A DNA stretch of 64,000 nt from an uncultured bacterium. Its GTDB lineage: Bacteria; Bacteroidota; Rhodothermia; Balneolales; DATFMH01. The notes below the pieces were generated by a model. The model saw nothing but the letters and a program-made list of their open reading frames with translations. It ran no database searches and was not told the origin of the DNA. Made by a program: the position numbers and the translations under genes. The stretch covers positions 1,322,440 to 1,386,439 of the forward strand of contig CAVQHI010000002.1 of assembly GCA_963712305.1 (NCBI GenBank), in the 5' to 3' direction. The stretch's first letter is position 1. Every line of letters begins with the position of its first letter. Shown here piece by piece: positions 30,601-37,879 of the stretch.

Positions 30601-30785
30601 TAACGCCACTCTTATTCATTAGAAAGAACAAGAAGGATGATCGAGGTGAAACCGAACCATACTTTTTTGCTGGACCTCTTGAAATACAAAAATGGAAAGG
30701 AGAACGACCGATCAGCATAATTTGGAAACTTAAAGAACCATTACCAGCTGATATGTATAAAGAGATTGCTATTAATTTTAATTGA
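27690..30785 (+). CDS. PLD-nuclease + SF2 helicase + DUF3427 protein (SauUSI-like type IV restriction enzyme architecture)
   Basis: 1031 aa. Single HKD motif RLHAKAWFF...YIGSSNLSSSA (aa 212-240). Walker A AATGTGKT (aa 338-345), DEFH box (aa 431-434), LGLTATPER and motif VI QQLGRGLR. C-terminal DUF3427-like region (NFLFVTLNKSEKDYSPTTMYKDYAISETLFHWQSQS...PLLFIRK...YFFAGPLE). Confidence 0.85.
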   Translation: MNDKLIEGLYDELLSKRKKEAIQKYDLKTSTKKVDPAEFSSYAAFYVKTLLKTAIDSINDDERITKGLEICNSLIKNISELSELFDLNDPASNKILRSVLHEAKRNEDSSDLHPGIPLAQSALLVNARDEYRIGTELRQEIKSADRIDFICSFIKWSGLRLIKDELKKKLDERVEVRVITTVYMGASEKRAIDELIDMGAKVKISYDTRRTRLHAKAWFFLRKSGYSTAYIGSSNLSSSAQTEGLEWNVRLSQKENQHLIEKFDATFESYWNNEEFRSYSRNEEEEKRLVKALKKETNNGFDITFFDIKPYPFQEEILEKLTLEREVKGRNRNLVVAATGTGKTVISAFDYKNYSKGKDRAPSLLFVAHRKEILQQSLQTFRQILTEANFGELLVDQQRPVEWKHVFASIQSLHSRNFDFSPDHFDVVIIDEFHHAEAYTYKKLLHHVRPNYLLGLTATPERTDGINIKQWFDDKAATELRIWDAIEKGLLAPFQYFGVHDNTDLSDLEWVRGHYSVNELDEKYTSNDDRLSHILKELQDKVSDPLKMKALGFCVSIQHAEYMAAKFNEIGINSFALSGNTDSGQRSKSINDLRKGIINVIFTVDLFNEGIDIPEVDTILFLRPTESATLFIQQLGRGLRLSDAKECLTVLDFIGYQNKNFSFGNKFQALSNLYGRKLLRHIKNQFPVLPPGCVIDLDRISQKIVFDNIKKALSNSDKRSLITHFNNVSKPKSLKTFLEKTELRLEDLYSNNYYFTQLKRDAGLISGSQSEEERLFGKSIMRSIHIDSIERLNWLYKFFSSESFPNLKDLDKNDFKYLQMWAAVFGDSEDVSNPMNLLRSFWKYEDVKKEYCELISILIDKVSHKTYSWENRYSIPLEIHSRYSRDEILGAIGDIRNGKLFKPREGVYFNSQISCNFLFVTLNKSEKDYSPTTMYKDYAISETLFHWQSQSNTTQNGIKGIRHISHREKGITPLLFIRKNKKDDRGETEPYFFAGPLEIQKWKGERPISIIWKLKEPLPADMYKEIAINFN

Positions 30786-30888
30786 TTACACCAATACTCA
30801 TTCAAGAGTACAAGTTGGACTGTTATGTTTCAAAGCGGAACATGGGAACAAGAAAAAGAGAGCGATACTATCATAAAAGGAGAGAACA

Positions 30889-31131
30889 ATGGCTTGGAAA
30901 ATCACGGAAAACAACTGGACTGAAGAATACCGTTGGTTTTTAGTTGATGAGGGTGAAATACAATACGCGTTTAAAGATCGAGATTCCGCAATTCGATATC
31001 AAAAACAGGTTTATTTGAGTTATATGCTCCTGACCGATCTCGATCACATCACCAGCGATACTATGCTTGTTCCGCATGAATTTCGGGCGTGGAGTAATAA
31101 GATCCAGACATGTATGGAGTTGGCGGATTAA
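30889..31131 (+). CDS. Hypothetical small protein
   Basis: 80-aa ORF preceded by aaaggagag 6 nt upstream of the ATG. No recognisable motifs. Confidence 0.4.
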   Translation: MAWKITENNWTEEYRWFLVDEGEIQYAFKDRDSAIRYQKQVYLSYMLLTDLDHITSDTMLVPHEFRAWSNKIQTCMELAD

Positions 31132-31609
31132 TCGGTTCTTGCTCTTCGGGCATTTCAACAATCTAAAATTATCGGACTTCGCCCGCCGAAGGAATATAGA
31201 CGTAGCGAGGTCTTTGGGCTACGTCCCTCGAAGGCGGATTTACGCGGACAGGAAGAGAAATGGATGGTTGTATGAATGCATGATTGATTGACAGTCCCCA
31301 TCCGACCATTCAATCAATCCATCCAGCAGAAGGACTCGTAGTGACATGCTTTATAATTGGTTGGGTGATTATTATTTCCGTCATGGGTTTGAAATGATGA
31401 ACAGATGGTTGTGCCAATACCGCACACTTCCCGACGTGTTTTTCCCGCAGATGCGGTTGGAATCGTGGTGCAGAACGCTCTTACATCACGGAGATTCTCC
31501 CGAAGGGATCACTATGTGGCCGATCGGGGTCGGGAATGACGAGTGAGTAGTGGGAGTTGGTCGGGTGACACCGTTTAAAGAATAGAACACGGACAACACG
31601 GACGACGCG

Positions 31610-31802
31610 GACATCCGCCCGCCGAAGGAATATTGAGACTGCCATAAAGTAAGTGGCTACGTCCTCCGAAGGCGGACATCGCCCGCCGTAGGAAAACTTG
31701 GAAACGGGGTAGATAGTGTGGCTATGTCCTCCGAAGACGGACATCGCCCGCCGTAGGAATATAGACGCAGCGAGGTATTTGGGCTATGTCCTCCGAAGGC
31801 GG
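31610..31802. repeat. Three tandem 63-65-bp units with conserved ends and variable cores
   Basis: Units lie at 31610-31674, 31675-31739 and 31740-31802. Each has a 5' gacatc(c)gcccgccgWagga and a 3' ggctaYgtcctccgaagRcg around a 23-26-nt variable core. Single units occur at 31175-31250 and 32726-32801. Confidence 0.85.
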
Positions 31803-31964
31803 ATTTGCGCGGACAGTAAAGAAAGGGATGATGGGATGAATGAAAGCGCCCATATTGCTATATCGGAGGGCATTGTGCTACTAACTTTTAATTGTGGAAA
31901 TCTTCTGGAAAATGTAAACTTAAGGTAAAGGAAGTAAAGAATTCAAAGAAAAAGGAAAGATGAC

Positions 31965-32222
31965 ATGGAAATTTCCCGGATATCTTCAAAGGGGCAGGTT
32001 ACCATACCCATTGACATTCGAAAAAAGCTGAATCTAAAAGAAGGTGATAAAGTTTTGTTCGTGGAAGAGGAAGGTAAAATATTTATCACCAACGCCTCCT
32101 TAGTCGCTTTCCGGAAAATACAAACAGCAATGGAAGGTGAAGCAGAGAAAGCCGGTTTAACAACCGAAGAGGATGTTGTAGCGTTCATTAAAAGCATTCG
32201 CAAAGAGCGTATGGAGAAATAG
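31965..32222 (+). CDS. AbrB/MazE/SpoVT-family antitoxin
   Basis: 85 aa. SSKGQVTIPIDIRKKLNLKEGDKVLF swapped-hairpin motif. Confidence 0.85.
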   Translation: MEISRISSKGQVTIPIDIRKKLNLKEGDKVLFVEEEGKIFITNASLVAFRKIQTAMEGEAEKAGLTTEEDVVAFIKSIRKERMEK

Positions 32223-32223
32223 C

Positions 32224-32621
32224 ATGAGGGTAATGACTGATACGAATATATTGGTCTCAGCTATTATTTTTCCAAACTCAATCGCCGACAAAGCCTTAGA
32301 GAGAATTTTAGTTGAACACAAGTTAGTATTATGTTCATACATTATCGATGAGTTGCACGATGTTTTTGAAAGAAAATTCCGGCATAAAATCGAAGCATTA
32401 GAGCCTTTTTTAGAAGAGTTATCCTTTGAAATGGTTTATACCCCGAAGAATATTGACCCCGGTGAGTATCCTACATAAGGGATAAAGATGATTTACCAAT
32501 TTTAGCTTCCGCAATTCTTTCGGAGGTTGATATTTTTGTTACAGGCTACAAAGACTTTCATTCAATGAGAATTGAAAAACCAAAGATCGTTACACTCAAC
32601 GATTTTGGACATTTTGGCTAA
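32224..32621 (+). pseudogene. PIN-domain toxin, frameshifted
   Basis: First frame MRVMTDTNILVSAI... ends at the TAA at 32476-32478. The rest (SYIRDKDDLPILASAILSEVDIFVTGYKDF...GHFG*) continues in another frame to 32621. The conserved TGDKD box reads TGYKD. Confidence 0.75.
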
Positions 32622-33276
32622 ACCGGAGGGTCTGGAATACTGCTATCCGGATATTCAGTCAACCACACGAGGTGTAAGAATTGATCATGCTTAAAGAATA
32701 GAACACGGACAACACGGATGACGCGGACTCCGCCCGCCGAAGGAATATAGACGCAGCGAGGTCTTTGGGCTATGTCCTCCGAAGGCGGATTTGCGCGGAC
32801 AAGAAGGGAAATGGATGATTGGATGGTTCTCATTCAACCATTCATTCATCCAGCATCACGCCTGGCTGTCATTGCAAGGATCGAAGCGGAGTTCCGATCA
32901 ATCGGGACCACACCACCTTAAAGGGACTCCCTGCAAAGCTGACGGCTGAAAGCTGAAAGCTTCTCAAAATAATCTCTCCTAATCACACGGATCGTCCGGG
33001 TTATCGAAATAATAATCGTCCGAATAGATCAGGCGCAGGTGGTTGTCCGGTGTGAGCAGGGGATAGTAAATGCCTGTGGTTGAATGCTTGCTCGATTGTT
33101 GAGGCAGGGGCGGGTGTCGCCGTTTAGAGAATAGAACACGGATGACGCGGACAACGCGGATTTACACGGAATGAATGTTGGAATGTATGATTGGATAAAT
33201 GAAAGTGCCCCTCTTGCTATTTCGGAGGTTATTATGCCAAGAATTTCGGATCCGTCAGCTCGTGTAAGGTGTATGA

Positions 33277-33345
33277 GAAATCGGGGTCTTCCGCTGGCAA
33301 GATTCAAATGCGTTTGACGTTTCCATTACAGATTATCATTCATAG
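33277..33345 (+). pseudogene. HigB-type toxin C-terminal remnant
   Basis: 22 codons, EIGVFRWQDSNAFDVSITDYHS*, match the typical HigB C-terminus (...RICFRW.dg.AydVeIvDYH). An in-frame TGA lies at 33274-33276. The upstream part is replaced by repeat modules. Confidence 0.55.
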
Positions 33346-33364
33346 ATCTTATTATATATTCATT

Positions 33365-33649
33365 ATGATACCCAAAAACAGAATATCCACACATCCCGGC
33401 GTTATTTTGCTCAAAGGGTTTCTTGAGCCGATGGGGCTTACCCAAAAGAAACTGGCAGATCATTTGGGTATCCCTGTTCAGCGCGTCAATGAAATTATCA
33501 AAGGCAAAAGAGGAATCTCTCCGGATACCGCATGGTTGTTATCCGAAGCATTCAACACCTCACCGGAGTTCTGGTTAAATCTTCAGTTGATGTATGATTT
33601 GTCTTCGAACAGGCCGAGTAAGCATGTGGAGGCTCTGAAGGTTTCTTAA
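33365..33649 (+). CDS. higA: HigA-family antitoxin (XRE HTH)
   Basis: The likely start is MIPKNR at 33365 (the ORF is open from 33269). HPGVILLKGFLEPMGLTQKKLADHLGIPVQRVNEIIKGKRGISPDTA is a canonical HigA sequence. Confidence 0.85.
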   Translation: MIPKNRISTHPGVILLKGFLEPMGLTQKKLADHLGIPVQRVNEIIKGKRGISPDTAWLLSEAFNTSPEFWLNLQLMYDLSSNRPSKHVEALKVS

Positions 33650-33991
33650 TCCCTTCCTGATCACACGAATTATTCAAGATATCAATATAGTAATCATCCG
33701 AATAGATCAGGCGCAGTGATCAGATTCTTTTTATGTCATTTCCATCAAGAGCTAATCACCACCCGGCCAGTTATATAATGTCCATCAACCAATCTTCGCT
33801 TTCAGGATGCCAATACATATAAAATAATTTTGAGCTTGCAATTACCTTGGAGCTTTCCATGGATGTTATTATAATAATTTCCGATTCTGCCTCTTGCGGG
33901 GAAAAGCCATAAAACTTAGTGTGATAAGGGTATATTTTGGTTAAATACGGCGGCTTATGACCAGTCCCTCCAATACCAGTGTTGCTGATGC

Positions 33992-35249
33992 GTGCGAGCC
34001 ATGCGCGCTTATGGGGTTATTGCTCTTGCGCTCATCATCACGGCGATTTCCTATCTCGACCGCGTGTGCATTTCCATGACTGCCCCGTTTATACAACAGG
34101 ATCTGCACCTGAGTGAATTGCAGATGGGGCTTGTTTTCAGCGTGTTCACGTTCGCCTATGCGCTTTTCGAGATCCCGGGTGGATGGCTTGCCGACCGTTT
34201 TGGTCCGCGGCTGATGTTGACCCGCATCGTGGTATGGTGGTCGCTCATGACTGCCGCAACAGGCCTTGCCGGCGGATTTGCATCACTGCTCATCATAAGA
34301 CTTTCATTTGGGTCGGTGAAGCGGGGATGTTTCCGGGACTTTCTCGCGCCTTCTCACGATGGCTGCCGGAAAGCTGGCGCGGTAATGCATTCGGCCTCAT
34401 TATCATGTCGGCACTCATCGGCGGTGCTGCAACCCAATGGATGACGGCCGGACTGCTCGGCACGGCCCACTGGAGCTGGCGCACCATCTTTTTCGTATAT
34501 GCCCTTGCAGGAGTCGCATGGGTCGTTGTGTGGTTTTGGTGGTTTCGTGATGAACCGGAAGATCACCCGCATGTGAATGAAGCAGAATTGGAAATAATAC
34601 ATGAGCGGTCAGCTGGTTGGCAGTCAGCCTTCAGCTTTGCATACCCCATGGAGGGAGATTTTGCGTAACCGGTCTATGATCCTTTTGTGTGGGATGTATT
34701 TCGGCGTGATTTACGGCTGGTATTTTTTCCTGACATGGATGCCGAAATATCTGCTGGCCGCACGCGGATTCGATTTGAAGTCCACGGGATTGTTTGCGAT
34801 GCTGCCGCTTGCTTTTTATGGCAGCGGGTGTTGCGCTGGCCGGCTGGACGAGTGACCGGCTGACCGTACGGTTCGGCCGCCGGTGGGGAAGGAGTCTTCC
34901 CGGAATCGTTGGATTGCCGCTTGCAGCCGTTTTACTCGTAATTGCCATTGAAATACCTGATGCCAAAATTTCCGCATTCCTTTTTGCAGCTGGTGCCGGC
35001 TTCGCCACATTCGGCGTCGCTCCGGCCTGGGCAGCATGTCTGGATATCGGCGGCGCAAACGCAGGCGTTGTCACAGGTATCATGAACACATTCGGCAACC
35101 TCGGCGGCGCTGTCGGTCCGATGATCGTGGGTGTCTACCTGGACTGGTTTCATTCCTGGAATGTTCCGCTTTTGACTGTTGCCTTCTTCTATCTGGTTGC
35201 TGCAGCATGCTGGCTGGGAATCAGGGCGGATGAGGAGATCCGGTTGTGA
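33992..35249 (+). pseudogene. MFS transporter (ACS/hexuronate-like family), at least 3 frameshifts
   Basis: Four overlapping ORFs in three frames (33992-34444, 34183-34668, 34601-34855, 34794-35249) together read as one MFS protein: YLDRVCISMTAP...GWLADRFGPR | GEAGMFPGLSRAFSRWLP | WMPKYLLAARGF | GIMNTFGNLGGAVGP. Confidence 0.8.
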
Positions 35250-35922
35250 TTACCTTGTCGTGGTTGTCATTTAAGAGAATAGAACACGGACAACGCGGAT
35301 GACGCGGATTCACACGGACCTAATTAGCGTGAGCCCTTCTCCATATATAGAGAGTCTGTCCCGATTGCCCGGGAAGTTGGGGTGAGGTTCTGGCCGGCTT
35401 AACTTCTGAAATCAAAAATCGTTAATCGCTATTCGTAGATCTGTTTTCCGATAACGCAATGGCAGGAAGAACTGGCGTTGGAAGAATGATTGATACCGAT
35501 AGATTTTCATGGATAAGCTGGTGGACAACCCCCTGCACCCTCCCGAAAGTATTCGGGACAAGCTATTTATTAAGGGGGAAATTGCTGCCGGGCGGGTGTC
35601 AGGTTTACGAGCAATACATCGGAATTGTCCCTACATCAAAAATCAAAAATCGTTAATCGCTATTCGTAGATCATTTCTGCCCTTCCTATATTACAATCCG
35701 CGAAAATCCGCGGCAAATATCTTTTGCCAAAAATCCCACCTTACAATAAAATATCCCTTTAGTATATTCCGGATGGTTTAGTATGAAATCCGCCGTTCGC
35801 ATAAAGCTATGGCGGATACGATTCGATGGTTTACACCCATTTTCATACTTTAAAATGTATTGGAGGCGAACCGGTTAGATAAATGGTTCGCCGGAACGAG
35901 TTTTTTGTAAAGTATTAGTGAT

Positions 35923-37437
35923 ATGGCGAAGAAATCCGGACAGCAAGATTTTTTTACAACGCGGTGGGGATTGATCCTGAGTGTTCTCGGCATCGCGATT
36001 GGGACGGGCAACATCTGGCGTTTTCCGCGCATTGCAGCGCAGAATGGTGGTCCGGATGGAGCAGGGGCGTTCCTGGTGGCATGGGTTGTTTTTCTATTCA
36101 TCTGGTCAATTCCGCTCATTATTGCTGAGTATGCTATCGGCCGCAACGGACGCAAGGGAACAATCGGTTCTTTCATGGTCACGGCTACCGATCAGTATGC
36201 CTGGATGGGGGCATTCGTCGGGTTCGTCGCCATGGCCATTATGTTCTATTACAGCGTGGTCAACGGCTGGTGTATATACTACTTCATCGAATCGACCTTC
36301 CAGCCTCTTCCACATAACGTCGAAGCTGCCCAAACGATATGGAGTGCGTTTCAGGGGTCCTGGATGCCGGTCTTCTTTAATGCGGTAGCGATATTCGGTG
36401 CTGGATATGTAGTGGCGCACGGCGTCAAGACCATCGAACGTGTTAATACGATTCTGATCCCGCTGCTGGCTCTCATTCTGATACTTTCTGCTGTGCGGGC
36501 ATTGTCGTTGCCAAACAGCATGGACGGTATCAAGTATCTGTTCACGCCAGATTGGAGCATGCTGCGCAACCCGCGCGTGTGGCTCGAAGCACTCACACAA
36601 AATGCCTGGGATACAGGTGCCGGCTGGGGATTGATCCTTACCTATGCTACTTACATGAGGAAGGAAGATGCCGTGACGATAAGTGCATTCCAGACCGGCA
36701 TCGGCAACAATGCTATTTCATTATTGGCAGCCGTCATCATCTTCTCCACGGTTTTCGGAACATTGAGCGGTTCGATGTCCAACCCGCAAATCCTGGAAGT
36801 GATGAAGACCTCGGGTCCGGCTTCAACAGGACTCACCTTCATGTGGATGCCGTTGTTGTTCACTAAAATGACCGGCGGACGTATCTTTGCCGCGTTCTTC
36901 TTCCTGGCCCTGACGTTTGCCGCTTTCAGCTCGCTTATTTCTATGGTCGAGTTGGCGTCACGACTCTTTATCGATATGGGATTCTCACGAGTTCGTGCCA
37001 CGTTCAGTATTTGTACGGTCGGTTTCTTTCTCGGCCTTCCGTCGGCGATCGATCTTAACATATTCTCAAACCAGGACTTCGTTTGGGGACTTGGCCTCAT
37101 CTTTTCCGGTCTGTTTATCGCATTCATCATCATCAGGTATGGAACGCGAATATTCAGGGAACGAAGGGTCAACACCAGTCCAAACGACTGGACACTTGGC
37201 CGCTGGTGGGATTATGTGATCAAGTTCCTGGTTCCGCTCGAAGGTATCGTGCTCATCGTGTGGTGGGTCTACCTCAGCGCCACCGAATTCGATCCCAAAG
37301 GCTGGTACAACCCGTTCGATACATACTCCGTGGCCACGTGCGTCGTGCAATGGGGCGTCGTGCTTCTGTTTTTCATCCTCATGAATAAACGATTGGCCAA
37401 AGCAACTACTTCGCAGGTGGAGGAGACGCTTTTGTAG
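35923..37437 (+). CDS. Sodium-dependent transporter, NSS/SNF family
   Basis: 504 aa. WGLILSVLGIAIGTGNIWRFPRIAAQNGG is the NSS signature. About 12 TM segments. Confidence 0.9.
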   Translation: MAKKSGQQDFFTTRWGLILSVLGIAIGTGNIWRFPRIAAQNGGPDGAGAFLVAWVVFLFIWSIPLIIAEYAIGRNGRKGTIGSFMVTATDQYAWMGAFVGFVAMAIMFYYSVVNGWCIYYFIESTFQPLPHNVEAAQTIWSAFQGSWMPVFFNAVAIFGAGYVVAHGVKTIERVNTILIPLLALILILSAVRALSLPNSMDGIKYLFTPDWSMLRNPRVWLEALTQNAWDTGAGWGLILTYATYMRKEDAVTISAFQTGIGNNAISLLAAVIIFSTVFGTLSGSMSNPQILEVMKTSGPASTGLTFMWMPLLFTKMTGGRIFAAFFFLALTFAAFSSLISMVELASRLFIDMGFSRVRATFSICTVGFFLGLPSAIDLNIFSNQDFVWGLGLIFSGLFIAFIIIRYGTRIFRERRVNTSPNDWTLGRWWDYVIKFLVPLEGIVLIVWWVYLSATEFDPKGWYNPFDTYSVATCVVQWGVVLLFFILMNKRLAKATTSQVEETLL

Positions 37438-37502
37438 AGACGTTAGATTGGAGAGATTAGAGATTAGAGATTAGAAATTAGGGAATAGGGAATAGGGAAT
37501 AA

Positions 37503-37712
37503 GGGAATAAGGGAATAAGGAGTTAAAGCCAGCGATGCATAAAAGATGTCATCCTGAACCCCAAACCGGTTTTCTACAGCATCTGACGGTCGTAACGGGG
37601 TGAAGCATCTCGAGTATCCTGGCACCGATCGATGGACTGGCCTGAACCGAACGTTGCCGTTTGTGCACGAGATCCTACACCGTTTTGCAAGCAAAACAGC
37701 ATCAGGATGACA
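37503..37712. repeat. 210-bp direct repeat, copy A (includes the TIR-bounded element at 37547-37712)
   Basis: Near-identical to 39169-39378, with about 10 mismatches by eye. Contains ggaataag repeats, tgtcatcctga...tcaggatgaca and the hairpin cgttttgcaagcaaaacag. Confidence 0.9.
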
Positions 37713-37879
37713 GAGGGGGTGCTTGGGCATAAGATAATTACACCGTAGTAAGGATTTTTCACAGAATTTAAAGTGAACTTCCTAACCTCCACCATCTCTA
37801 CAAACTACCCAGTGCCACAAAATATCAGTACATTATGAAATAATATCTATACGAAGCTCATCACAAAAAGAGGCTAATC

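Noticed and set aside
31610-31802. Possible mini-CRISPR array, read as three 'repeats' of about 41 nt with 23-26-nt 'spacers'
   Set aside because: Only three units are present and the 'spacers' are shorter than usual. One 'spacer' (tatagacgcagcgaggt(a/c)tttg) recurs at 31193-31216 and 32745-32767 within solo units, so it is part of the repeat family. No cas genes or leader are in the window. The units fold as REP-like hairpins.
32461-32480. Programmed frameshift in the PIN toxin gene
   Set aside because: No slippery heptamer or stimulatory structure is evident at the shift site. The conserved TGDKD box is also mutated to TGYKD, and the two neighbouring TA toxins are independently degraded. 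Pseudogenisation is therefore the simpler reading, although a sequencing error is not excluded.
19137-33700. Chromosomal integron cassette array: many small same-strand genes, including TA modules, separated by structured repeats
   Set aside because: No intI integrase or attI is in the window. The inter-gene repeats are TIR-bounded or REP-like and lack the attC R''/L''-L'/R' layout and GTTRRRY core. Several 'cassettes' are far too large (3.1-kb helicase, GH88).
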